Counted from the stretch's first letter, positions 40,822-50,320 are shown. The stretch is DNA of 64,000 nt from Candidatus Eremiobacteria bacterium (GCA_963758295.1 CAVWUU010000001.1:608001-672000), one strand, 5' to 3'. Numbers and translations are program-made. The notes: generated by a model from the letters alone, not told the origin.

Positions 40822-40934
40822 AGCCCATGAGCAAGTGCTATAATATAAGGATTTTTCAAGCCTTGTGAGGGGGCTAACCCGGGGGCTAATGGGCTAAAAC
40901 TGGGCTAAACGCGCGCACCACGACATGCTGGGAG

Positions 40935-41450
40935 TCAACCCTGGAAACGTAGTGCGCGCAGTTCTTCTCCGCTTACGCGCCCATAGTCGAGCAGTTTCGC
41001 GTTGCTGCCAAGGTTCTCAACAAGGTGGACGGCAGCGGCATCGCCGCTTTCAGAGGCATCCAACGGATACTCTTCGACCGCATATTGGTACAAGAGAACG
41101 TCTGCATCGTATAGGACGCGCCACGTCGCCATGTCGGCATCGTCGTCGTGCCCGACCGAGACAACGTTATCCTGAATCCGAAGAAAGTTCAGGCCCCTGA
41201 AGGCGCGCAGATCGTAGAACGAACCGGTGGACACCAGCGTTGCCTTGTCGATGATGCCTATATTGATCAGGTATGACGCTTCGGTTTGCCAGGCGTGGAC
41301 CGGCGTATCGGAGCCTCCCAACGGTCGCGGGCACTTCCAAGAGTGCGACATTTGAATCAATGGGAAGGGACGATGCAAAATCAAACTTTCGAGCCAACTC
41401 TTGTCTCCAGGATGGGCGTAAGCCGCTTCGGCATCGTGCCACAGACTACG
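40935..41450 (-). CDS. Hypothetical protein (island cargo; start uncertain)
   Basis: Open frame with protein-like composition. No recognisable motif. Confidence 0.35.
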   Translation of the reverse strand, partial: RSLWHDAEAAYAHPGDKSWLESLILHRPFPLIQMSHSWKCPRPLGGSDTPVHAWQTEASYLINIGIIDKATLVSTGSFYDLRAFRGLNFLRIQDNVVSVGHDDDADMATWRVLYDADVLLYQYAVEEYPLDASESGDAAAVHLVENLGSNAKLLDYGRVSGEELRALRFQG

Positions 41451-41464
41451 GTCGGCCGCACGGA

Positions 41465-41962
41465 TTACTGGCCGATTATCCGGCCACTTTGGAGTAATGC
41501 GCTCCGGTTGCCAATGATGACTTCGTTCAAAGCCCAATCCGCCAGACCGGTATCCTTGCCGAAGTTCATTACTAGTTCAGTGCCATCGCTTAGTGTGTAG
41601 GCTTCGCATGGGCCTCCAATGAGTCCCGACCCACAACTGTCTTTCAGAACGGACCGCTGCGGATCGGCGTAGTTGACGTGTCCAGTTTCGCCAAGAACTA
41701 CCGGGCCATTAGGCACGTCAAGTTCGCGACGCTCATGTGGACCCGCTATCACGTCAATCACCGTGACGATCCCGTTATCTCCCGTTAAGACAGTCACGCT
41801 TCCACCTTGCTGCGTTCGCCATTTGTATGTGTGCCCGGACGCTTCGTCCGGCTTGCCGCGTTTCGCGACGGTGGCGGAGATATTTGAACCCAAGAAAATG
41901 CCGTCAACAGAATCGCGCGATTCCGCGACCAATCCCGCCACCATAAATATAGATAGCAACAC
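41465..41962 (-). CDS. Hypothetical secreted protein (island cargo)
   Basis: Short hydrophobic N-terminus (VLLSIFMVAGLVA), a Cys pair, beta-rich sequence. Confidence 0.5.
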   Translation of the reverse strand: MLLSIFMVAGLVAESRDSVDGIFLGSNISATVAKRGKPDEASGHTYKWRTQQGGSVTVLTGDNGIVTVIDVIAGPHERRELDVPNGPVVLGETGHVNYADPQRSVLKDSCGSGLIGGPCEAYTLSDGTELVMNFGKDTGLADWALNEVIIGNRSALLQSGRIIGQ

Positions 41963-42100
41963 GCTAGGGGATTTGACGAAAGTCGCTGCCGTGCCCTGGG
42001 TAAGCCCTGCTTCTCGTGTGCGTGTTCTGCGCCGAAGTCGCGACGCAACTGGTTCCTGCAACGAGCGCCGATTGGTGTACCCTGTGATTCCCGGCTCGAA

Positions 42101-42643
42101 ATGCCGATGGAATATACCGTGCCCCGAGCCCAAAGCCAAGTTTTAGTACCAACAACGAATGACAGCACGTGCGCCGGCGTAGCGGAAAGCCCCTATTCTG
42201 GGCGCGATTCGCGATGGCAGCCGGGTGATTCTCGATCCTTTTGGGACGGAGTCGCTGACCTAGCCTCGATACCCGTACAGCCCGCTAGTTTCGCAGTGAA
42301 GAATCCGCAGTGGTGGGTGTGGGGTCTCCTCATGCACTACAGGGTCCCTGTGTTGCGCCGAGTTCTCGAAACGGCTGCGGTGTTCGATATAGGGCTCGAT
42401 CCGGTGGAAGTAACGAACGCGCTACGGCTGCTCCGGGGTGAGAGCGCGTACATGAAAGATAAGCGGTGCTCCATCGTCCACACATCAGTGAGGCTTTGGC
42501 GCGAGGCAAAACCTAGCGACATTTACACGTTTAACCGCAGGCCCACAAATACTGAGATCGACGCCCTCCGTGAACTCTATCGCCAACGAGAGAGAACGCG
42601 TGTGCCGAACTCGCGAAGGACCCCGAAGTGGGGGATCGCGTAG
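42101..42643 (+). CDS. Hypothetical protein or fragment running into the integrase remnant
   Basis: 180-aa ORF whose 3' end overlaps integrase-derived sequence. Confidence 0.3.
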   Translation: MPMEYTVPRAQSQVLVPTTNDSTCAGVAESPYSGRDSRWQPGDSRSFWDGVADLASIPVQPASFAVKNPQWWVWGLLMHYRVPVLRRVLETAAVFDIGLDPVEVTNALRLLRGESAYMKDKRCSIVHTSVRLWREAKPSDIYTFNRRPTNTEIDALRELYRQRERTRVPNSRRTPKWGIA

Positions 42644-43419
42644 CGCAACAAGCGTTCGCGGTGCTACGCATACGCCGTCGACTTGGACTTGATTGATCGC
42701 AACCCGGCTTCAGCGTTGAAGGCACCGAGGGCAAAGCGTAAGGAGCAGCACATCCTCCCGCTACAGGAAGCACATCGGCTGCTTGATGCTGCGCGCCACA
42801 GCGACATGTACGCGATGTTCTACTTGGCTATCGCTACGAGCATGCGGCAAGGCGAACTGTTTGCGTTGCATTGGAAGGACGTGCATCTCACCGAAGGCTA
42901 CCTGCGCGTCGTTCATACGCTTGGTATCGGTGGGCGTGAAGAACCCGTGCTGGGTGAACCTAAGACAGAGTCGTCAAGGCGACGTGTCGATCTGTCCCGG
43001 GAAGCTGTTGCGGTTCTCAGGACACATTGGGCAGCGCAAAAAGGAAAGCCGAACGCCCACGGGTTGGTATTCCCCAGCGATCACGGCGGCTTCATTCGGA
43101 AAAGTAACTTCCGGCGACGCGAGTGGTGCCATTGTTGAAGAAGGCAAAACTGCCGCCTATAACGTTTCACAGTCTGCGGCACGTCGGCAACTCGATACTC
43201 GCACAGCAAGGTGTGCCTCTGAAAGTATTGCAAGGACGGTTGGGACACGCGACGAGCAAGACCACGTTCGATGTGTACATGCATTTAGCGCCTTCCGACA
43301 CATCGGTCGCGGCTCATACGATGGGCACGCTACTAGGCGCGGCTGGGCTAAATAGTCGGCTAAACCGTTCTCGTAGAGCCTCGAACGGCAAGCCGCGCAA
43401 AAAGAAAAAGGCCCGATAG
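42605..43419 (+). pseudogene. Tyrosine recombinase/integrase, N-terminally deleted and frameshifted
   Basis: AV..DLIDRNPA, TSMRQGELFALHW and PKTESSRR, then after a frameshift near 43130, FHSLRH, RLGH and DVYMH. Confidence 0.9.
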
Positions 43420-43431
43420 AATCGGGCTTTA
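43399..43431 (-). terminator. Terminator after tRNA-Ala
   Basis: Minus strand AAAGCCCGAT-TCT-ATCGGGCCTTTTTCTTTTT. Confidence 0.7.
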
Positions 43432-43434
43432 AAT

Positions 43435-43510
43435 TGGTGGAGATGAGGAGACTCGAACTCCTGACCCCTTACATGCGAAGCAAGTGCTCTACCAGCTGAG
43501 CTACATCCCC
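43435..43510 (-). tRNA. tRNA-Ala(CGC)
   Basis: GGGGATGTAGCTCAGCTGGTAGAGCACTTGCTT-CGC-ATGTAAGGGGTCAGGAGTTCGAGTCTCCTCATCTCCACCA: 76 nt, G3:U70 pair, encoded CCA. Confidence 0.98.
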
Positions 43511-43545
43511 GGGATCAAGTCGCCCCGATGAGGGCAACGCGAGGA

Positions 43546-43575
43546 ATTATACGGCTGCGGTGCGGCACCTGTCAA
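43546..43575 (-). promoter_or_regulatory. Consensus sigma70 promoter for tRNA-Ala
   Basis: TTGACA (43570-75), 18 nt, TATAAT (43546-51) on the minus strand. Confidence 0.85.
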
Positions 43576-43664
43576 AGACATTTTTGTCGCAGCAAACGCA
43601 GGGCGAACCTGCCGGGGCATTGGTGCGTTATTTCGAAAGCCGCCGCAAAAGGAGCGACGCCCAA

Positions 43665-44252
43665 TTGAAGCATCTGGTCCTCGTGTCGATCCTCGCGATG
43701 ATCGCCGGCCTCGCTGGTTCGCGGGTGTCTGCCGCACCGATCGTCGTCGCGCAAGAGCGCTGCAATGACCGCACTGCGGGCGAGTTGGAAGCGCAAGTGG
43801 CGGACTTGCGGAAGCATCCGGCAGGCGATGCGGACATCAACGCCGGCTTTGCGACGCTCCAGCGCGTCATCGGTGAGCTCGAGCAAGAAGACGGAGTGCT
43901 CGAGGCCACCTGCGCGACGCGCAATTTGAACGACCTCCGCGGCGACATCCGAAGCTCGATTGCGCTTGCCTACCTTTTGGAGTCCGACCTTGCGATGCGC
44001 AAATTCGCCAAATGTCCGCACGGAGCGCAAGGCGTTTCCGCCGGATTCGTGGCCTCCGCGTGGTTTGAACTTCAGCGAGCGACCCCGGAGAATGGTTCGC
44101 CACCGGCAAGCGCCACCAGCCTGACTGATGAAGTGAAGAGCCGGGCAGCGCGCGCGAATCTCACGCTCACGGCCTTGAGCGACGCGTCGTCATATTGGGT
44201 CCACCAGGTTCAGGACGCGGGAAAGCAGGCGGCAACTTCCTGCCCGGGATGA
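43665..44252 (+). CDS. Hypothetical secreted helical protein (four Cys)
   Basis: AAGGAG precedes TTG 43665. Signal-like hydrophobic stretch ending VSA. Confidence 0.6.
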   Translation: MKHLVLVSILAMIAGLAGSRVSAAPIVVAQERCNDRTAGELEAQVADLRKHPAGDADINAGFATLQRVIGELEQEDGVLEATCATRNLNDLRGDIRSSIALAYLLESDLAMRKFAKCPHGAQGVSAGFVASAWFELQRATPENGSPPASATSLTDEVKSRAARANLTLTALSDASSYWVHQVQDAGKQAATSCPG

Positions 44253-44253
44253 T

Positions 44254-44272
44254 TTTGCGAATCGTTTGCAAA
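44254..44272. promoter_or_regulatory. Putative Fur/Zur box
   Basis: TTTGCGAAT-C-GTTTGCAAA, an imperfect 9-1-9 palindrome just upstream of the Fur-family gene. Confidence 0.55.
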
Positions 44273-44283
44273 TAAGCGTGGCC

Positions 44284-44670
44284 ATGCGGGCCTCCTATTC
44301 CACGCGGCCGCGGGAGCAAATTGCTGCAGTCTTGCGGGCCGAACGCCGCTATCTCTCCGCTTCCGAAATCCATGATTCGCTCGAACGGCGCGCCGTGCGC
44401 GTCTCGCTTTCAACCGTCTATCGAACGTTAGAGCATCTGCTTTCCAAGGGCGACGCGACGGCGCGTGTGGACGACGCCGGTGAATCGACGTACATGCTTT
44501 GCGAGCCCGCACATCACCACCATCATGCCATCTGCAGTGCATGTGGGCGGGTCGAAGACGTCGACTGTTCCGCTTTCGGGCAATTCGCCGACCTACTGCG
44601 CGAAATCCACGGCTTCCAACTCGACGGCCATAAAATGGAGTTCAACGGACGATGCCGCGACTGCCGCTAG
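44284..44670 (+). CDS. zur: Fur family regulator (probably Zur)
   Basis: SLSTVYRTL, HHHHHAICSACG and C-terminal CRDC motifs. Heads a metal ABC operon. Confidence 0.88.
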   Translation: MRASYSTRPREQIAAVLRAERRYLSASEIHDSLERRAVRVSLSTVYRTLEHLLSKGDATARVDDAGESTYMLCEPAHHHHHAICSACGRVEDVDCSAFGQFADLLREIHGFQLDGHKMEFNGRCRDCR

Positions 44671-45539
44671 CGCGCCTTTGCGCGCTGCTCGCTATTTTCT
44701 CGCTCGCTGCCTGTAGCAGCGGTAGTTCTAACGGATCGGGCGCTTCGGGCAAAATTGCCGTCGTTACGTCGATCTCAACGTTCGATTCGTTCGTGCAAGC
44801 CGTCGGGGCCGATCGCGTTGAGGTGCATAGCCTGGTGCCTGTCGGTGCGTCGCCCGAGACGTATCAACCCACGCCGCAAACGGTCGAGATGCTTGCGCGC
44901 GCGAATTTGCTGGTTGAAAACGGGGTCGGCTTGGAGTCGTGGCTCGATCGAACCGTAAAGAATGCCGGTTCGAAATCGCTGCGCACCGTCGTGTGTTCGC
45001 ACGGGCTGGTGGTGAAAAACGACAATCCGCATCTTTGGATGGATCCCCAAAATGCGAAGGCCTATGTAATCGCGATTCGCGACGCACTGACCAATTTCGA
45101 TCCCCAGCACGCGAACGAGTACCGCAAGAATGCTGCCGCCTACAATCGTGGGCTAGACGCTCTGACGAAGAGCATCGCAAGCCGCATTGATACGATTCCG
45201 AAAGAACGGCGCTACATGATCGTCTTCCACAACGCGTGGGAGTATTACAACGATCGCTTCGGTATCACGACTCTTGGGTTCATCGAGCGCAATCCGGGAC
45301 AAGATCCCAATCCTCAGCAAATCGGCCGGTTGATCGATCTCGCGAAGCAGTATCATCTCAACGCGATCTTCAGCGAACCGGAATATAGTCCAAAGCTCGC
45401 GCAACAAATCTCCAAGGACGCGAACATTGCGATTGTCGACAACCTTTACGACGACTCGATCGGCAGCGATCCGCGCGTCGGAAACTATATCGACATGCTA
45501 AATTACGACACCGACGCCATTGTGAAGGCGCTCAAATGA
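44652..45539 (+). CDS. znuA: Zn/Mn ABC transporter substrate-binding lipoprotein (ZnuA/TroA family)
   Basis: Lipobox LAAC, NG.GLE.W, NPHLWMDP, FHNAW. Confidence 0.9.
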   Translation: MPRLPLARLCALLAIFSLAACSSGSSNGSGASGKIAVVTSISTFDSFVQAVGADRVEVHSLVPVGASPETYQPTPQTVEMLARANLLVENGVGLESWLDRTVKNAGSKSLRTVVCSHGLVVKNDNPHLWMDPQNAKAYVIAIRDALTNFDPQHANEYRKNAAAYNRGLDALTKSIASRIDTIPKERRYMIVFHNAWEYYNDRFGITTLGFIERNPGQDPNPQQIGRLIDLAKQYHLNAIFSEPEYSPKLAQQISKDANIAIVDNLYDDSIGSDPRVGNYIDMLNYDTDAIVKALK

Positions 45540-46336
45540 CGGAGCCGTGCAAAGGCGAAGCCGTTCGCGCAACCGAGCTTGTCGTGAAGTACGACGGTTT
45601 CACGGCGCTCGACGGCGCAACGTTGGACGTGCCCTTCGGCGAAGCGCTCGGTATCGTCGGGCCGAACGGATCGGGCAAATCGACCCTTTTGAAAACCATT
45701 GCCGGCCTGTTGCGGCCGGCGTCCGGCGGCCTGTGCGTCATCGGAGGCGATCCGCGCGCGCTTCCCCCTGGAAGTATCGCTTATGTGCCGCAAGTCGAAG
45801 CGGTCGATTGGACGTTCCCCGCAACCGTATGGGACGTTGTCGCCATGGGGCGCTTTCCGCGCATGCGGTTCTGGCACAGCTTCTCAACTCGCGATCGTGA
45901 AGTCGTGCGCGATGCGCTCGCGACGGTCAACATGCTCAAACTTGCCGATCGTCACATCGCGCAACTCTCGGGCGGTCAACAGCAGCGCGCCTTCGTCGCT
46001 CGTGCGATCGCGCAAGAACCGGAGTTGTTGCTTCTCGACGAACCGACGACCGGGGTCGATGCGGAAACGGAAGAAGCGCTGCTCGCCGTCGTGCGTAAGC
46101 TCGTGGCATCCGGTATGCCGGTGTTGATGACGACGCACGACCTCGAACGCGTCGACGAGTGGTTCGACCGGCTACTTGTGCTCGATCGTCGGGTCCTCGC
46201 GCTGGGGACTCCACAGGAAGTCGTTGAGGCCGGCGCATACGCGGCGATTCGCGAACACACCCACACGCACGGCCACCTTCGCCACGATCACGAGCCGCAC
46301 GACGAACATGCGGCGCACCCGGAGCTGTTTCGATAA
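45536..46336 (+). CDS. znuC: Metal ABC transporter ATPase with His-rich tail
   Basis: GPNGSGKST, LSGGQQQR, LLLDEP and YVPQ..VDW.FP motifs. Confidence 0.92.
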   Translation: MTEPCKGEAVRATELVVKYDGFTALDGATLDVPFGEALGIVGPNGSGKSTLLKTIAGLLRPASGGLCVIGGDPRALPPGSIAYVPQVEAVDWTFPATVWDVVAMGRFPRMRFWHSFSTRDREVVRDALATVNMLKLADRHIAQLSGGQQQRAFVARAIAQEPELLLLDEPTTGVDAETEEALLAVVRKLVASGMPVLMTTHDLERVDEWFDRLLVLDRRVLALGTPQEVVEAGAYAAIREHTHTHGHLRHDHEPHDEHAAHPELFR

Positions 46337-47167
46337 ATGGACGCGTTGCTCGCCCCGTTCCAATATGAGTTCATGCAGCGCGCGTTTATCGCCGCAATTG
46401 CCGTTGGGCTGTTGTGCTCCACAATCGGCACGTACGTCGTCTTGCGAAAGATGTCGTTTATCGGCGACGGCATTGCGCATGCATCGTTCGCCGGGATCGT
46501 CATCGCTTATCTACGCGGCATCGACTACAATATCGGTGCTGCAGTCGTCGCGGTGATCACGGCGCTCGGTATTGGTTTCGTGCACCGGCGCGGGCGCATT
46601 TCGCTCGACACGACTATCGGCGTCCTGTTCACCGGCGCGTTTGCGCTCGGCGTCTTCTTGATGAGCCGGCAGAAGAACTACACCGTCGACCTGCAGAGTT
46701 TTCTCTTCGGCGACATTCTTTCGGTCGGCACGGCAGATCTGTGGTTGATTCTTGCGCTTGGCGTCGTCGTGGCGGCAACGATCGTCATTCTTTTTCGCTC
46801 GCTGCTTTACACGTCGTTCGATCCGATTGTCGCGCAGGCGAGCGGCATGCGTGCGGGACGTGTGGAGTATGCGTTGCTTGTATGCGTTGCGCTAACGATT
46901 ATTGTGGCGTTGCAGTCCGTCGGAATTATCCTCGTTGCGGCACTGCTGGTAACGCCTGCGGCGGCTGCCTATCAGTTGACGTCGCGCTTTAATTCGATGA
47001 TGGGCTTGTCGGCAGTCCTCGGCGTCGTGAGTACCGTCGGCGGCTTGTATCTCTCGTACTACTTGCGCAGCTCGAGCGGTGCGACGATCGTGTTGCTCGC
47101 GACGGTGCTGTTCTTTGGCGCGATCGCGCTCAAATCGGTGCGGTCGTTCAACGCACGGCGATCGTAA
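46337..47167 (+). CDS. znuB: Metal ABC transporter permease
   Basis: DGIAHAS, LQSFLFGDIL and VGIILV.ALLV.P motifs. Confidence 0.92.
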   Translation: MDALLAPFQYEFMQRAFIAAIAVGLLCSTIGTYVVLRKMSFIGDGIAHASFAGIVIAYLRGIDYNIGAAVVAVITALGIGFVHRRGRISLDTTIGVLFTGAFALGVFLMSRQKNYTVDLQSFLFGDILSVGTADLWLILALGVVVAATIVILFRSLLYTSFDPIVAQASGMRAGRVEYALLVCVALTIIVALQSVGIILVAALLVTPAAAAYQLTSRFNSMMGLSAVLGVVSTVGGLYLSYYLRSSSGATIVLLATVLFFGAIALKSVRSFNARRS

Positions 47168-47954
47168 ACGGCACCGTATAAAGCTTCGAACCGCCTTCAA
47201 ACTGCAGCCACACGCGGTACGTGCCAACCGGTAACGGGGGAACGTGCATCGTCATCTTCGGGCCCGCTGTACCCATTTTGCCGTTTATCATCGGGTGCAC
47301 GTGCACGTAGCTCAAGTCTGCCGTGTTGATAAAGACCGCGTGCGCGGCCGCACCTAAGTACGTATGCAAATCTGTCGCCGGTTTGCCGTTGCGCTGAATT
47401 GTCAGCGGAAGCATCTGCATGGAAGCAGCCGGAAATGCCGTGTGCATCTGTACGGTGTATGGCCCGGCGGTCAACGTTTGAGGCGATGGGGTGGTAGCAG
47501 CGATGGGTTCATTTGTCGGCTGCCCCGCCGGCACCGTGACCGCCGTCGTATGCTGCGCCGGAATGAGGAAGCGAAAAACCTGCTGCCCGTCGCCCGCCGG
47601 ATCCGTATCCGCATACACGATGTATTCGCGTGAGGGATTGAGCGGAAGGGCAATCGTGAAGTGTCCGGTTCTTGCATTGAATGCCGGGTGCACATGCATG
47701 AACGTCGAGAAATCGTCCGTGATAACGATCATGTGCATGAGCTTGGTCATGTCCAGGTCGTACTTCACGACCGGCGTCTTCGAATCGCCCTCCAACTGAT
47801 AGACGTCTAGGGACGTCTTCCCGCCGGTCTGGCGAACCCTCATTTGCGCCGTGACTTTCGGCGTGCCGCCAAGAAGCGCGAAGGAGCCGGTAACCGGCGC
47901 GCTCATTGCGAGCGCAGCAACAAGGCTCAATCCGGTGCGCGCAAAACCGTCCAT
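47148..47954 (-). CDS. Secreted His-motif (putative heavy-metal-binding, YtkA-like) protein
   Basis: Two repeats with MHMIV..DFSTFMHVHP and YLGAAAHAV..YVHVHP. Confidence 0.7.
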   Translation of the reverse strand: MDGFARTGLSLVAALAMSAPVTGSFALLGGTPKVTAQMRVRQTGGKTSLDVYQLEGDSKTPVVKYDLDMTKLMHMIVITDDFSTFMHVHPAFNARTGHFTIALPLNPSREYIVYADTDPAGDGQQVFRFLIPAQHTTAVTVPAGQPTNEPIAATTPSPQTLTAGPYTVQMHTAFPAASMQMLPLTIQRNGKPATDLHTYLGAAAHAVFINTADLSYVHVHPMINGKMGTAGPKMTMHVPPLPVGTYRVWLQFEGGSKLYTVPFTIAVR

Positions 47955-49078
47955 GTTTCCTCTCCCTTCGCTTCCAGGTACCCATTTTCGGCAAGCAGGG
48001 CCAGCACTTCGTGCATCGCCGCCCGCTCGTTTTTATTCGGCATTCCCGCCCAGCGCATCGCCGCGTCGTTCAGCTCGACCGTCGTGCCCGGCTCGAGTAA
48101 CCGTCGAATAAACGATTCACTCAATTTGACGCGTTCCATCCGTCGCGCAACCGGCGCAAGCGCGGCTTCGAAAGAATCGGCGTGGCGCTGCGGTTCTTCG
48201 CTAGGCACTTCGCTAGGCATTTCGATCGCATTCACAGCCGGCGTGGTGCTCGCGCCCTCTGCAAGCGCCGGGACGGGTTTGGGCTGTTTCACCAAAGACC
48301 GCATAGCGGCGTCGGCGATCGCGGGGAACCACTCGCCGAGGACCGTTCCCATCGTCTGCCACGGCGCCGCATTCACCCGCGCTGCACGCCGTTCTATGCC
48401 ACGCAGGATGCGCGCCGCAACGCCGGCCGCTTTCCCATGCCACCAAGCGTCGTTCGGCCCCATGCCGGATGCAACGGAGAACGCCGTGTCAACGACGCCT
48501 GGATCAACGTACGTGACGAAGAGCCCCTGCGGACGAAGTTCGCGGCGGAGTTGGATCGCGCTCGCGCGTGTCGCTGCTTTTGCAGCGCAATACGCACCGT
48601 AGAGCGGCGCCGGTACGCGCGCCAAACCGGAGCCGAGGAACACGAACCCGCCTTGCGTCGCCTGAACCGGCGGCAGTGCCGCGCGCGCCAAACGCAGCGG
48701 TCCGGCGACATGCAATTGCCACTGCGCTTCGATGTCGGCATCGCTTTGTTCGAGCAGCGCACCCGGCGTCGCATATCCCGCATTATTTACGAGGACGTCG
48801 ATGCGTCCGAACGCCTCCACCGCCGCCTTCACGATGCGCACTGGTGCGTCTTTGGCCGTAACGTCCGCGACAACCGCAATTGCGCTGCCGCGGGCACCGG
48901 GAAGCGTTTCTACAACCGCATTCAACCGGTCGGCACGGCGTGCTACCGCCGCGACGCGCCAGCCTTTCGAAACCGCCAGCGTCACGAGCGCTGCACCGAT
49001 GCCGGAACTGGCGCCGGTTACGATGAGAACGCGAGCGTCAGAAGGGATAAGCGGCGCAATAGCGTCGGTAGAGGTCAT
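47927..49078 (-). CDS. SDR family oxidoreductase with extra C-terminal domain
   Basis: TGASSGIG, NNAG and YCAAK motifs, plus an approximately 85-aa extension after a Pro/Ala/Glu linker. GGA RBS precedes ATG 49078. Confidence 0.88.
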   Translation of the reverse strand: MTSTDAIAPLIPSDARVLIVTGASSGIGAALVTLAVSKGWRVAAVARRADRLNAVVETLPGARGSAIAVVADVTAKDAPVRIVKAAVEAFGRIDVLVNNAGYATPGALLEQSDADIEAQWQLHVAGPLRLARAALPPVQATQGGFVFLGSGLARVPAPLYGAYCAAKAATRASAIQLRRELRPQGLFVTYVDPGVVDTAFSVASGMGPNDAWWHGKAAGVAARILRGIERRAARVNAAPWQTMGTVLGEWFPAIADAAMRSLVKQPKPVPALAEGASTTPAVNAIEMPSEVPSEEPQRHADSFEAALAPVARRMERVKLSESFIRRLLEPGTTVELNDAAMRWAGMPNKNERAAMHEVLALLAENGYLEAKGEETWTVLRAPD

Positions 49079-50279
49079 GCAATCCTTCCGGTAAGTCCGA
49101 GTAGTACAATTTTTCTTCAACAATAGGCGGCGGCACGGGCATCGTTCGCAGATGTTGTTTTGCGAGGCGTTCCAACGTTTGTGCAACCGGCTTATACGTT
49201 CCATCGTTGCGAATGATGCCGAAATGCAATTCGTGCGTTGCGAGATCGAACGGCGGCAAATCTCCAAGCGCCGCATCGTAGTCGGCCCAACACCACCACA
49301 ATGCGCCGAGCGATCCCCGGCGGTGCAAGCGCGCGATCACTTCTTCCGCGTAGCGCGCCATCTCGTCTTCGGTGAGACATGCATACGGCGCGGCATTTTT
49401 TGGCAGCGAAGAAGCCGCAATCGGCGGCTCGCCGGGCAGCGGTACCCGGTCGTAGGGGGAAATCGTTCCGGGCGGACACGTCGGGTTGCCGAACTCCGTG
49501 AAGAATGTCGGTTTTCCCGAAAGCGACTGCATGAGCTGCTGGTAGAACGGCACCACATCGTAATCCAATCGTCCGCGTGCGAACGTTGAATAGACGGAGT
49601 AGCCGTGCATCGTTGCAAACGCCCACGGCTTCGCAAGCGATGATGGGCGAATGTGGCGATCGCGCTCAACGTCTTCACCGTGCGTTCCGCCGGTCACGCG
49701 CGCGTTCGATCCGGATTTCCGATGCAGCGCGTCGGTTAACCATACACTCCAATCGGCCGCATCTTCCGGGCGAACGGGCTCCCGCAAATTCGAAAATTCG
49801 TTTCCTAAATCCCAACAGTAGAGCGCACGATGTCCCCGCGCCCGTTCGCCCACTTTTTCTGCAAAAAGCACCTGCGCGCGCAGAAGGCCGGGGTCCGCAT
49901 AGAAATCGCCCACGCCGTACGGCGACGTGTGTCCATTCGAAATCGTACGAAACCGGCCGTGGGGCGTGTCGCGGTCGAGCGACCATGCGGGAAGCCAATT
50001 GACGCCGCTCATGTGCCCGCAAAACAGCGTGGGCATCGCCAGCAATCCGGCGTCTCCGATCGTTTGCATGATTCGATCGAAGCGCCCCAGCATGTCGGGC
50101 GCCATCTCGTCCGGCGCGGGCTGGAACGCTTCCCACATGAGGAAGAAGCGGACGACGTCCATACCGAGCGCTTTTATACGCGCCATGTCCTCGCGAATCT
50201 CACCGAGATCGAACCGCTGCCACATGTACATAGCGGACCGGCGCGGCCAGTAATTGATGCCCATCAGAAACGGCGGCAT
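49038..50279 (-). CDS. Glycoside hydrolase, GH5-like (clan GH-A)
   Basis: GINYWP, VVRFFL.WE, WDLGNEF (acid/base), FTEFG (nucleophile) and WWCW.D motifs. Confidence 0.85.
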   Translation of the reverse strand: MPPFLMGINYWPRRSAMYMWQRFDLGEIREDMARIKALGMDVVRFFLMWEAFQPAPDEMAPDMLGRFDRIMQTIGDAGLLAMPTLFCGHMSGVNWLPAWSLDRDTPHGRFRTISNGHTSPYGVGDFYADPGLLRAQVLFAEKVGERARGHRALYCWDLGNEFSNLREPVRPEDAADWSVWLTDALHRKSGSNARVTGGTHGEDVERDRHIRPSSLAKPWAFATMHGYSVYSTFARGRLDYDVVPFYQQLMQSLSGKPTFFTEFGNPTCPPGTISPYDRVPLPGEPPIAASSLPKNAAPYACLTEDEMARYAEEVIARLHRRGSLGALWWCWADYDAALGDLPPFDLATHELHFGIIRNDGTYKPVAQTLERLAKQHLRTMPVPPPIVEEKLYYSDLPEGLHDLYRRYCAAYPF

Positions 50280-50320
50280 GGCGTAGGTGTCCTTCGCCGT
50301 AACTCGAACCGCCTGCCTCG

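Larger units (their letters stand above)
40769..43486. mobile_element. Decayed integrative element inserted in tRNA-Ala(CGC)
   Basis: Bounded by the 53-bp att repeats. Contains a broken tyrosine integrase next to the tRNA, and GGGCTAA repeats near both ends. Confidence 0.85.

Noticed and set aside
40869..40910. CRISPR array or replication iterons
   Set aside because: The units are 7 bp with 1-5 bp gaps and there are no cas or rep genes; arm-type integrase sites fit better.
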